The notes beneath the pieces are model-generated. The model had not been told where the DNA came from, made no database searches, and saw only the letters and a list, made by a program, of their open reading frames with translations. From an uncultured Acidobacteriaceae bacterium (GTDB lineage: Bacteria; Acidobacteriota; Terriglobia; Terriglobales; Acidobacteriaceae), in the NCBI GenBank assembly GCA_963747545.1, contig CAVVFQ010000008.1, positions 855,719 to 919,718 of the forward strand: a stretch of DNA of 64,000 bases, given 5' to 3'. Below, in pieces: positions 7,995 through 17,078 of this stretch (positions are counted from its first letter, which is position 1; the number at the start of each line of letters is the position of its first letter). Both the position numbers and the translations under genes were made by a program.

Positions 7995-9415
7995 TGCTGG
8001 AACCGCGGCTGATACTCGTCAATCTTCTGATCAAGCTGGGCGTGGCCGCAGCTTTGTCGAGCGCCCTGGTGCGCTCCAAAGAATTCAAGAGTCTGATTTT
8101 CCGCGAGCAGCGTTCCACGCGACACAAAATTTATCTGGCATTGTGGATGGCGATCCCCATCGCGCTGGGCGTCTGGATACGATGCAGCGTCAAGAGCTTC
8201 CTGGCTGGCGACTTGTCGCTCGAAACCTCGCTGCTGCTGGGCGTAATCGGCGGGCGACTGTCGGGAGGGCTGGGCGGAGCGCTGATGTCGCTGCCCGCCG
8301 CATTTTACGGTGAGTGGGCGGCCATGCCGCTGAATGTTTTTGCCGGAATTGTCGCCGGGCAATTGCGCCGGTTTGCGCCCGAGCAGGAAGATATCTGGTC
8401 GTTTTCTCCATTTATCGATCTCACCCTCTATCGCATGATTCGCCGCAATCTGCCGCGGCCGCGCGTGTTCGATTGGCAGATCATTTTTTTTGCGACGATC
8501 GTGGGCCTGCGTCTTTTGCAGACGGCCATCTGGCACTTCTCGCCGAGTTCCATCTTCAGCCTGGAGAGCCCTGAACTGTGGATCAAGGGCGTCGCGGGAA
8601 CTCTCGACGGGTATTTGGTGGAGAGCGCGATCTACCTGACCGTGGTCATGGTCGTGGGCACGGAGCTGAAGATCTTTAACAGCGTTCGCCTCCAGATCAA
8701 ACTGGAGGAGCAGGAACGGTTGCTGCTGCAGGCGCGCATGGCAGCGCTGCAGAATCAGATCAATCCACATTTCCTGTTTAACACGCTGAATTCCATTTCA
8801 TCGCTGGTGCGCTTCGATCCTGACACGGCGCGGGAGATGATCCTGAAACTCGCGACCATTCTTCGCCGCTTGCTGCACAGCACGGATTCGTTCATTGCAC
8901 TGCGCGAAGAAGTGGAGTTCATCGACAATTATCTGGACATTGAAGTCGTGCGCTTTGGACGGGACAAGCTCAAAGTCGTCAAGGACCTCGATCCAGCGTC
9001 TCTCGAGGCCATGGTTCCCAGCATGCTGCTGCAGCCGCTGGTTGAGAACTGCATCAAGCACGGACTTTCTCCGAAAGTGGAAGGCGGCAGCATTACGCTG
9101 CGCAGCCGCGTCATCAAGTCCCGGCTCGTGGTTGAAGTGGAGGACGACGGCGTGGGCATGGACTCGGCGCAAGAGTCGGTTCGAGATTTCGAGCACGAGG
9201 AAGGCTTGAGAAGTATGGGAATCGGCATGGCCAACGTCGCCGAGCGTCTGAAGGTGCTTTACGGCAATGCCGCCAAGATGATCATTGAAAGTCGCGAAGG
9301 CGGGGGTACGCTGATCCGGTTGCGGCTGCCCATTCTGCCCAATCCGGAAGAGCTTATGACGACTTCGACGACTGTTCCAGCACCTTTCGGTAAAAATCTT
9401 CGTAAAGCGGAATAA
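7994..9415 (+). CDS. LytS/YehU-type sensor histidine kinase (multi-TM sensor plus His_kinase plus HATPase)
   Basis: Six or so hydrophobic segments, then LQNQINPHFLFNTLNSISSLV, QPLVENCIKHG, VEDDGVGM, GIGMANVAERL. Confidence 0.8.
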   Translation: MLEPRLILVNLLIKLGVAAALSSALVRSKEFKSLIFREQRSTRHKIYLALWMAIPIALGVWIRCSVKSFLAGDLSLETSLLLGVIGGRLSGGLGGALMSLPAAFYGEWAAMPLNVFAGIVAGQLRRFAPEQEDIWSFSPFIDLTLYRMIRRNLPRPRVFDWQIIFFATIVGLRLLQTAIWHFSPSSIFSLESPELWIKGVAGTLDGYLVESAIYLTVVMVVGTELKIFNSVRLQIKLEEQERLLLQARMAALQNQINPHFLFNTLNSISSLVRFDPDTAREMILKLATILRRLLHSTDSFIALREEVEFIDNYLDIEVVRFGRDKLKVVKDLDPASLEAMVPSMLLQPLVENCIKHGLSPKVEGGSITLRSRVIKSRLVVEVEDDGVGMDSAQESVRDFEHEEGLRSMGIGMANVAERLKVLYGNAAKMIIESREGGGTLIRLRLPILPNPEELMTTSTTVPAPFGKNLRKAE

Positions 9416-10505
9416 TCCTGCTGGAACAAAATCTCGCCATGGCGGCGGCGCGCGCCCGTTTGCCCATGGCGCGCAGAGCGGATTCATCACCCAGCAGCTC
9501 GATGGCGTAACGCGCCATGGTCTCCACGTCGCCGACGTCGGCCATGAAACCGGTCACACCATGCTCGATCACTTCCGGCACTCCTCCGGTGCGGGTGGCA
9601 ATCGGGACGACCTCACAGGCCATGCCTTCGAGCGCGGCGAGTCCGAACGATTCCAGTTCGCTCGGCATCAACATCACGTCCGACATGGCCAGTTTTTCGC
9701 GGATCTGATCCTGTTTTCCGAGAAACAGTACGTGCTCGTGAATGCCTTTTTGCACCGCCAGCCATTCCGCCTGCGAGCGATCGGGTCCGTCGCCAATCAG
9801 CAACAGCTTGGAAGGAATTTTCTTGCGCACGCGGTCAAAAATTTCGATTACGTCGAGGACGCGCTTCACCGGCCGGAAGTTCGAAAGGTGCACCAGCAGC
9901 CGCTCGTCGTCGCGGACATACTCGCTGCGCTTTTCCATCCATTCCGGTTTGCGCAGATACTCGTCACAGTTTACGAAGTTTGGGATGACCTCGATGTGGT
10001 TCTTGATGTCGAAAATGTTGAGCGTGCGGTTGCGCAAATAGTGCGAAATTGCGGTTACGCCGTCACTCTGCTCGATGGAAAAACGCGTAATCGGAAGATA
10101 CGACCGGTCGAGGCCGACCAGAGTGATGTCCGTGCCGTGCAGGGTGGTCACAAACGGCAGACGCTTGCGCGGCGGAGTTGCCGCCAGCATCTGCTTGGCC
10201 AGCATCGCGCTCACCGAGTGCGGAATCGCGTAGTGCACGTGCAACAGATCGAGTTCGTAGAGCTGCGAGACCTCGGCCATGCGGGTCGCCAGCGCCAGAT
10301 CGTAGGGAGGATATTCAAACAGCGGATAGCGGGTGACCTCGACCTCATGATAATGAATGTTGGGTTCCGGTCCGGTGAGGCGAATGGGCTGCGAATACGA
10401 GATGAAATGAATCTCGTGGCCCCGGCGAGCCAGCTCCAGGCCCAGTTCAGTGGCGACTACTCCGCTGCCGCCGTAGGTCGGATAACAGGTGATGCCGATC
10501 TTCAT
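9354..10505 (-). CDS. bshA: N-acetyl-alpha-D-glucosaminyl L-malate synthase (bacillithiol biosynthesis GT4)
   Basis: [89 protein letters not shown]. Collinear with Bacillus BshA as I recall it. Confidence 0.8.
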   Translation of the reverse strand: MKIGITCYPTYGGSGVVATELGLELARRGHEIHFISYSQPIRLTGPEPNIHYHEVEVTRYPLFEYPPYDLALATRMAEVSQLYELDLLHVHYAIPHSVSAMLAKQMLAATPPRKRLPFVTTLHGTDITLVGLDRSYLPITRFSIEQSDGVTAISHYLRNRTLNIFDIKNHIEVIPNFVNCDEYLRKPEWMEKRSEYVRDDERLLVHLSNFRPVKRVLDVIEIFDRVRKKIPSKLLLIGDGPDRSQAEWLAVQKGIHEHVLFLGKQDQIREKLAMSDVMLMPSELESFGLAALEGMACEVVPIATRTGGVPEVIEHGVTGFMADVGDVETMARYAIELLGDESALRAMGKRARAAAMARFCSSRIIPLYEDFYRKVLEQSSKSS

Positions 10506-10759
10506 GCGCCTCCCGATGCGAGTCCAACGATATCATCAACTATCAATCATCATTGGATTCGGGGGAGCGGCCGGGGATGCAGCATCGGCGGGCCAAATTG
10601 CGCTGCTAGTCTTTGCTGAGCAGAAAAACAATTCCGCTGCCAACCCTCAAATTGTCCGCGCGGTTGTTGAGACCGTCGGGGAGTTTGGTCATGAAAAGAG
10701 CGAATGCTCTATTCATACTCCCTATGCCCCTCCTTGGGCCTTGCGACGTCTGCTCGACC

Positions 10760-11368
10760 CTAGTCCGAACTCGGTTTCTTTGGCGTCAGATCGCAGGCTT
10801 GTTTGACTCGATTCAGATTCAGCCCGCTGGGAGAGAATTCGGCAATCTGCCGGCCGCTCCGGGTGGGAAGCGCGATGTTGAAAATGTTGGCCCCGATCAG
10901 GCCGCGAACCGTGCCTTTGTCCATGGAGAGGAAGCGACCACGCATCCAATTCCAGCCCTTGGAGTAGTGGGCATCGTCAACCCGCACCTGGACCGACAGT
11001 TGGGGCTGCCCCCAGAAGCCGGGACGGTTGGGCATGGGTAGTCTGATTCCAGGATTGAAGTCCGCGAACTTGAGCTTGCCGTTATCGCAGGTAAGGTTCA
11101 CCCTGGGCTTGAACTCCGCATCCTCTTTAAAATAGTTGTTCGACTGGAGTTGGAACCGCACTCTCTTTGCGCCCGTCATTTTGTCGATGGAAGCGAACTC
11201 CAGCCAATTTCCGCCGGCGCTGACGCCGTCCTGTTCGCCCTGATAAGGGCTCATGGCGCCGTTCTGGGCGCAAACCATAGCTGCCGAGCCAAGCACGAAC
11301 AACAAAAGAGCGGCGCGCGCCGCCAAGGATGAACCGATTGTTTCACCGAACAACCGCGATATTTTCAA
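10760..11368 (-). CDS. Hypothetical exported protein
   Basis: Signal-like SSLAARAALLLFVLGSAAMVCAQ. No recognised domain. Confidence 0.5.
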   Translation of the reverse strand: MKISRLFGETIGSSLAARAALLLFVLGSAAMVCAQNGAMSPYQGEQDGVSAGGNWLEFASIDKMTGAKRVRFQLQSNNYFKEDAEFKPRVNLTCDNGKLKFADFNPGIRLPMPNRPGFWGQPQLSVQVRVDDAHYSKGWNWMRGRFLSMDKGTVRGLIGANIFNIALPTRSGRQIAEFSPSGLNLNRVKQACDLTPKKPSSD

Positions 11369-11511
11369 GATCTCCTCCAGCGTAAAATCACGCCCCTACA
11401 TACTATTGAATCCGGAAGCTTCCGAAAAGTTGTATGGAATGGTCCAGAGATGTAGTGGCCGCGGTCCCTGTCCGCCGCGCCGCTCTCGGGACAGCCGGCA
11501 AGATGCCGGCG

Positions 11512-13143
11512 CTACGTGGTTGCAGACTGGAGCGCGAAGTTCGAAGCAACCTCGCGAAAGGCCGCTAACTGTTTCGCCTTGGTAGGCTCGTCCCATCCCA
11601 GTTCTGAAGCCATCAAGTCCGCTACGGCGGGAGCCATGGCGAGAGCGGCGCGCGCGTTCAAGAAGAGCGCTCGTGTACGTCTGGCCAGCGTGTCTTCCAC
11701 AGTGCGGGCCATCTCGTGGCGCGCCGCCCAGACTACCTCCGCCCTCAAGTAGGGCAGAGCCGTATGCAGCGGTTCGCCGAGCCGAGGGTCTGTTTCGATG
11801 AGCTTGCGAATCTGGTACGCATCCGAGCCATAGACAGAGAGTGAGGGGAATTCTTTCGCCGCGTCTTCTTTCGCCGAGTCTTCCCTCGAAGCGTCTTCTT
11901 TCGAAGCATCGGGGGAGCCATGGATCCGCAGTTGGTGCGTCACGCACGGTTTCTCCGGCAACTGCGCGAGCGTTGCCGCCTGATCGACGCAATCCTCGGC
12001 CATACGCCGGTATGTCGTCCATTTCCCCCCGCAGACGGTGACCAGGCCGGAGCGATCGATGTGGATGACATGATCGCGCGACAATGCGGATGTGTTGGAA
12101 ATGCCGCTGGTCACGCCCGTGGCGCGCACCAGCGGTCGGATACCGGCGAAGACGCTCAGCACGTCGTCGCGGGTGGGCGCTTTGGCCAGGTACTGGCCGG
12201 CGGTCGCGAGGATGAATTCGATCTCCTGCTCCATGGCAACGGGCTCGAGCGTTGCCTCTGCAACGGGCGTATCGGTGGTTCCGACCAGCGTGTGACCGTG
12301 CCACGGAATCGCGAATAGTACGCGGCCATCGCTGGTGTGGGGAACCATGACTGCGCTGTCGCCTTGCAGAAAACTCGACGCGAACACCAGGTGAATGCCC
12401 TGGCTGGGAACGATCATTGGAGTAGCGGATGGCTCCGCCTTGAGTCGCAGCAGGTCGCTGAAAGCGCCGGTGGCGTTGACCACAACTTTGGCACTGGCGC
12501 GACATTCGTTACCGGTTTCCGAATCTCGCGCGCTGATCCCGTCTACGAATCCTTGCGCGTCTTTCGTCAGGCCGGTGACTTCCACATAGTTCAGCAACGC
12601 GGCGCCCTGCTCGAAAGCCGTGGCCACCATGTGGATGAGCAGCCGCGCGTCGTCAAATTGACCATCGTAGTAGACCGCGCCGCCGCGCAGGCCTTCGGTC
12701 TTCAGCGTGGGCAGGTGCTTGAGAGTCTCTTCGCGGGAAAGAATTCGGGAGACGCCAAATCCGTATTTGCCGGCAAGCAACTGATAGAGCTTCAACCCGA
12801 GACCGTAGAACGGAGCCTCCCACCAGTCGTAATTCGGCACCACGAACGCGAGGTCGTGCACGATGTGGGGAGCGTTCTGCAGAAGCAGTCCGCGCTCCTT
12901 GAGCGCTTCCATAACCAGCCCAATATTTCCCTGCTCCAGGTAGCGCACGCCTCCGTGTGCCAGCTTGGTGCTGCGACTGGAGGTTCCCTTGCCGAAGTCG
13001 CTCTGCTCCAGCAGCAGAACGTCATAGCCGCGCGACGCGGCATCAATCGCGACGCCGACGCCGGTGGCGCCGCCGCCCACGACGATTATGTCCCACGGTT
13101 TGGGGTGGGCTTCGATACATCGCCACATTTCGGTTCGATTCAT
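11512..13143 (-). CDS. glpD: FAD-dependent glycerol-3-phosphate dehydrogenase
   Basis: DIIVVGGGATGVGVAIDAASRG dinucleotide fold, GTSSRSTKLAHGGVRYLEQG, full-length collinearity with GlpD. Confidence 0.9.
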   Translation of the reverse strand: MNRTEMWRCIEAHPKPWDIIVVGGGATGVGVAIDAASRGYDVLLLEQSDFGKGTSSRSTKLAHGGVRYLEQGNIGLVMEALKERGLLLQNAPHIVHDLAFVVPNYDWWEAPFYGLGLKLYQLLAGKYGFGVSRILSREETLKHLPTLKTEGLRGGAVYYDGQFDDARLLIHMVATAFEQGAALLNYVEVTGLTKDAQGFVDGISARDSETGNECRASAKVVVNATGAFSDLLRLKAEPSATPMIVPSQGIHLVFASSFLQGDSAVMVPHTSDGRVLFAIPWHGHTLVGTTDTPVAEATLEPVAMEQEIEFILATAGQYLAKAPTRDDVLSVFAGIRPLVRATGVTSGISNTSALSRDHVIHIDRSGLVTVCGGKWTTYRRMAEDCVDQAATLAQLPEKPCVTHQLRIHGSPDASKEDASREDSAKEDAAKEFPSLSVYGSDAYQIRKLIETDPRLGEPLHTALPYLRAEVVWAARHEMARTVEDTLARRTRALFLNARAALAMAPAVADLMASELGWDEPTKAKQLAAFREVASNFALQSATT

Positions 13144-13167
13144 GGCTGCATTTCAGCGCAAATGCTT

Positions 13168-13266
13168 GTGTGGTGGCGGGGCTACGCCCCGCTTGAACGG
13201 GGCCCTTCGGCTCCGCTCAGGGCAGGCTACGCCCCGCTTGAACGGGGCAAAGCCCCGTCACCACAC
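13168..13266. repeat. REP/MITE-like element, family A (outer inverted repeat enclosing two hairpins)
   Basis: GTGTGGTGGCGGGG ... CCCCGTCACCACAC termini. Internal direct repeat GCTACGCCCCGCTTGAACGGGG x2, each with a GCCCCG-CTTGAA-CGGGGC hairpin. Lies between glpD and glpK. Confidence 0.75.
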
Positions 13267-13279
13267 GGCCCTTACCCAC

Positions 13280-14791
13280 CTACGGAGATTCTACCCAGTC
13301 GAAAGCGCGGGTCACCGCTTTCTTCCAGAAGTGATAAAGGCGTTCGCGAGTTTCTTCATCCATCGTCGGCTCCCACCGTTTATCGACTGCCCAGTTGGCG
13401 ACGAGTTCATCGGTATCGCGGAAGAAGCCTACCGCCAGTCCGGCCGCGTAGGCTGCACCCAGGGCCGTGGTCTCCTTCACCAGGGGACGAACTACCGGTT
13501 TGGCCAGAATGTCGGACTGGAATTGCATCAGCAGATCGTTCCCGACCATGCCACCGTCGGCTCGCAGGACGCCAAGACTAATGCCAGAGTCTTCGGAATT
13601 TCCCATGGCGTCGACGACTTCGCGGACCTGGAATGCGGTCGCCTCGAGCGCGGCGCGGGCGAGGTGGCCTTTGTTCACGAAGCGCGTCAGGCCGGCAATC
13701 ACGCCGCGTGCATCGTCCTTCCAATAGGGCGCATACAAACCGGAGAAAGCGGGAACGAAGTAAACGCCACCGTTGTCACTTACGGTGCGGGCAAGCGCCT
13801 CGATGTCGGAACTCTTTTCAATGAGGCCGAGATTATCGCGGAGCCATTGCACCAGAGCGCCGGTAATGGCGATGCTCCCTTCAAGCGCATAGCATGCGGG
13901 CTTCGCGCCAAACTTATACGCCAGCGTCGTCAGCAGGCCGAAGTGCGAGAGCACGGCCTTTTCGCCGGTGTTCATCAGCATGAAGCAGCCTGTGCCGTAG
14001 GTGTTCTTTGCTTCGCCTGGAGTGAAGCAGGCCTGGCCGACGAGCGCGGCTTGCTGATCGCCCAGATCGCCACTTATTGCGACGCCCGCGACGGCCGGGT
14101 GGCGCGCAGTGCCATACACTTCGCTGCTGGAAACGATCTTCGGCAGCATCTCGATCCGGATGCCGAAGTCTTGCAAGATTTCCCGGTCCCACTGCAGCGT
14201 GTTGAGGTTCATCAGTTGTGTGCGGCTGGCATTGGTCACGTCGGTCACGTGGACTCCGCCCTGAACACCGCCGGTGAGGTGCCAGATCAGAAAAGTATCG
14301 ACATTGCCGAACAGGAGGTCGCCGGCCTCGGCTTGTGCGCGCGCGCCCGCAACATTTTCGAGGATCCAGCGAATCTTGAGGCCGCTGAAATAAGTGGCAA
14401 GCGGAAGGCCGGTCCTTGTACGATACCGATCCTGTCCGCCACGCGCCGCAAACTCGGTGACCGCCGGAGCCACGCGCGTGTCCTGCCAGACAATCGCGTT
14501 ATGCACGGGCTTACCACTTTTCTTGTGCCAGACCACAGTGGTTTCGCGCTGATTGGTGATCCCAATCGCAGCCAGATCTTGCGGCTGCAGCCCGCGGGCT
14601 TCCATTGCTTCCCCGATAACCTCATCCGTGCGGCGCAAAATTTCTTCTGGATCGTGCTCCACCCACCCCGGCTGGGGATAGATTTGCTCGTGCTCTTTTT
14701 GCGCGGTGCTCACGATACGTCCGGAACGGTCGAACACGATAAACCGCGAGCTGGTCGTTCCCTGATCAATGGCGCCAATGTAGCTTGCCAT
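13280..14791 (-). CDS. glpK: Glycerol kinase
   Basis: [30 protein letters not shown], full-length FGGY-kinase pattern. GGAGGA RBS upstream. Confidence 0.95.
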   Translation of the reverse strand: MASYIGAIDQGTTSSRFIVFDRSGRIVSTAQKEHEQIYPQPGWVEHDPEEILRRTDEVIGEAMEARGLQPQDLAAIGITNQRETTVVWHKKSGKPVHNAIVWQDTRVAPAVTEFAARGGQDRYRTRTGLPLATYFSGLKIRWILENVAGARAQAEAGDLLFGNVDTFLIWHLTGGVQGGVHVTDVTNASRTQLMNLNTLQWDREILQDFGIRIEMLPKIVSSSEVYGTARHPAVAGVAISGDLGDQQAALVGQACFTPGEAKNTYGTGCFMLMNTGEKAVLSHFGLLTTLAYKFGAKPACYALEGSIAITGALVQWLRDNLGLIEKSSDIEALARTVSDNGGVYFVPAFSGLYAPYWKDDARGVIAGLTRFVNKGHLARAALEATAFQVREVVDAMGNSEDSGISLGVLRADGGMVGNDLLMQFQSDILAKPVVRPLVKETTALGAAYAAGLAVGFFRDTDELVANWAVDKRWEPTMDEETRERLYHFWKKAVTRAFDWVESP

Positions 14792-15134
14792 CGTTAGTTT
14801 CCTCCGCGTTGTCCGGTATTCGCTCGTTCAGCTTTTGCGTCGTTCGTGAAGTCTGGATTCTAGCCCTGCAGCCGTCTGCAAGCCTAGCAGCCGGGCGCAC
14901 CCAGGTAGGCGCGGAGGGATTCCCAACAAGGCCAAATGGTGAAGATAAACGAGTTAGCTAAGTGCAGCATAGGGCTGGATAGCATCGGGTAACTCGGCAT
15001 GGACTCTCTAGTAACTCCCAGTAGCACCAACGTGGGTTGTACCTTTAGACGGCTGCGTGGCATCTTATATATATAGAAGTAAGGTGTGCGGTCTCGGCAA
15101 GCCGGGATCGGCAAACCAGGAGTGTGGGACTCCG

Positions 15135-16058
15135 ATGAAGAGTCTGGACAAAGTAATCCGGTCTGTACAAGCCTTCGGCCGCGAATTGTCCCGCAGGTCG
15201 ACTCCGACCGAAGCGAAGCCCGTACCGGCAATTGGCATCGCCTTGGGCGGTGGCTTTGCCCGCGGCATAGCCCACATTGGAGTGCTCAAGGTTCTCGAAG
15301 AAGAAGGCATTCCGGTCCGGATGATCGCTGGGACCAGCGTAGGCGCAATCATGGGCGCCGCGTATTGCAGCGGACTAACGATCGCGGAACTGGAAGAAAT
15401 CGCCCATAAAGTTCGCTTCACCACCTTCGCGCGCTGGACGCTCTCGCGCTACGGGTTTGCCACCAACGACCGCATGGCCGCGTTTCTCTCGCGCACCTTG
15501 AAGGTACAGACATTTGAAAAATTGCGGATTCCTCTGGGTGTGACGGCCACCGACTTCAACACTGGGAAGGGAACTGTCTTTACGTCCGGCTCGATCATCG
15601 ATCCGGTGCGGGCGAGTTGCGCATATCCGGGAATGTTCTTGCCGGTAGAAATTCGTGGGCGCTGGCTGGTGGATGGCATGCTCTCCTATCCGGTGCCGAC
15701 GGTTCCTCTGCGTGAAATGGGCGCGGAGCGGGTTTTGGGGGTGCATCTGAAAGGGCAGTGGTCGAAGACGAGCGCACCCCGGCATTACTTTGACGTCATC
15801 GGACAATCGTTCGCCATCGCGCAGGAGACGATGAGTTCGGTGTGGAGAAGCGCTGCCGATCTGGTGATCGAGCCCGATGTCGCGGGTTTCGACTATGACG
15901 ACTTCAAACGCGCCGACCAATTGATCCGCGTCGGTGAACTGGCCATGCGCCGCGCGCTGCCCACAGTGCGCAAATGGCTGGAGACTCCTGTGGAGGCGGC
16001 CGCCTCCGAGAAGGTGCCTGCGCTGGTCGCAACAACAGCCTCCGTATCGGCGGACTGA
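15135..16058 (+). CDS. Patatin-like phospholipase
   Basis: ATG 15135 after AGGAG. GGGFARGIAHIGVL oxyanion motif, GTSVGA (GxSxG), LVDGM Asp dyad. Confidence 0.85.
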   Translation: MKSLDKVIRSVQAFGRELSRRSTPTEAKPVPAIGIALGGGFARGIAHIGVLKVLEEEGIPVRMIAGTSVGAIMGAAYCSGLTIAELEEIAHKVRFTTFARWTLSRYGFATNDRMAAFLSRTLKVQTFEKLRIPLGVTATDFNTGKGTVFTSGSIIDPVRASCAYPGMFLPVEIRGRWLVDGMLSYPVPTVPLREMGAERVLGVHLKGQWSKTSAPRHYFDVIGQSFAIAQETMSSVWRSAADLVIEPDVAGFDYDDFKRADQLIRVGELAMRRALPTVRKWLETPVEAAASEKVPALVATTASVSAD

Positions 16059-16305
16059 AACCGCGAGCCGGCATGTTTTGCGGTGAGACGCACTAGGATG
16101 CCACTGCGTGTAGCGCGTCCCGTTTGAGTTAGCCAGCCTCGAGTAGCCGGCCAGATCGCGGTTTCCGGATTCGATTGACTTGCGGGTGGAGCCGATCTAA
16201 CATTCGCCGCATTGCCGGGCGATGACCAGTTATTACTGACAACGTTCTAGTGATTGCGACATAATTTCCGCGGTTGATGCACTCCGTGATAGGAGAGGTG
16301 CAATA

Positions 16306-16662
16306 TTGGGGAAACGCCGAGAGCCCCGGAGGCAGGCGAAACTGCATGTCCGAATCGCCGGGGTCGATGCCGGCGGACGCCCGATCCTTCTCATGGTTCC
16401 GACGCGCAATGTCAGCCGGCAAGGGGCTTTGTTAGAAGGCGTTCAAGGAATGTTGAAGGTTGGGGAGATGGTTACGATCACCCACAAGAGCAGCAGAGCC
16501 CGGTTCCGTGTGACCTGGGTGGGCGACGGCGAAAGAGCGGGACAAATTGGTGTCCAGAGTACAGAGACAGAAAAATGCATCTGGGACGCAACAGATTTGC
16601 CGCCGATGGCTGCCGACGTGTACATCGGACCGCCTGCCAAGGACCCCAAAGGTTCGCCGTAG
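16306..16662 (+). CDS. PilZ-domain protein (putative c-di-GMP receptor)
   Basis: TTG start. KRREPRRQAK (RxxxR) followed by NVSRQG (D/NxSxxG) about 25 residues later. Confidence 0.6.
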   Translation: MGKRREPRRQAKLHVRIAGVDAGGRPILLMVPTRNVSRQGALLEGVQGMLKVGEMVTITHKSSRARFRVTWVGDGERAGQIGVQSTETEKCIWDATDLPPMAADVYIGPPAKDPKGSP

Positions 16663-16731
16663 ATGTCCGCGTTCAAGCAGGGCGCCCGAAGCTGCAACAA
16701 GTACGGTGGATTGTATTAGCTGCCTCCGCAT

Positions 16732-16818
16732 GCCTGGATGGCGAAACTGGCAGACGCACGGGACTTAAAACTCCCGGGTCCTTAACAGGACGTGACGGTT
16801 CGATGCCGTCTCCGGGCA
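16732..16818 (+). tRNA. tRNA-Leu (anticodon UAA), type II with long variable arm; anticodon loop appears 8 nt by hand fold
   Basis: Acceptor GCCTGGA/TCCGGGC (one G-U). D arm GCG-AAACTGGCAGA-CGC. Anticodon arm CGGGA-CTTAAAAC-TCCCG. Variable arm GTCC-TTAACA-GGAC. T arm GACGG-TTCGATG-CCGTC. Discriminator A. CCA not fully encoded (ACCG). Confidence 0.8.
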
Positions 16819-17078
16819 CCGTTTGCTCATGTCCCGTTTTTTTCGTGCAACGGGGAAAAGCTTCGGTGCGGCGTTTAGCTTCTCACCGGTCCAACCTTCC
16901 CGACTGTTCGCTCCTAACTTAATGCACCTCTTGAAGCCAGTGTTTCCTCGGGTACGAATCCACAACCTCAGGCGTGTGTTCTGCATCATAGCGCCGCTGC
17001 GGACTGTAATTGTTGAGCGTAAGGTAGATGGGGGGTTGCGTCTCAGCCTCAGTAGATATTTCGAGCACCCCGTTCCTC

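Noticed and set aside
11396-12505. 369-aa Arg-rich ORF in another frame of the glpD strand
   Set aside because: It overlaps glpD out of frame and its composition is typical of an off-frame GC-rich translation.
13064-14797. 577-aa ORF on the + strand covering all of glpK
   Set aside because: It is antisense to an unmistakable glycerol kinase. Its translation is Arg/Ala/Gly-rich with no motifs. Stop-poor antisense frames are expected in GC-rich DNA.
14792-15134. Possible sRNA or riboswitch in the 340-nt AT-richer spacer between glpK and the patatin gene
   Set aside because: No conserved riboswitch core, terminator or stable hairpin recognised by eye. It is most simply a divergent promoter region.
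15135-16662. Patatin lipase as a CBASS-type defence effector
   Set aside because: No CD-NTase/cyclase, SAVED or other sensor gene is adjacent, and the neighbour is only a PilZ protein. It is kept as a low-interest pairing, not a defence call.
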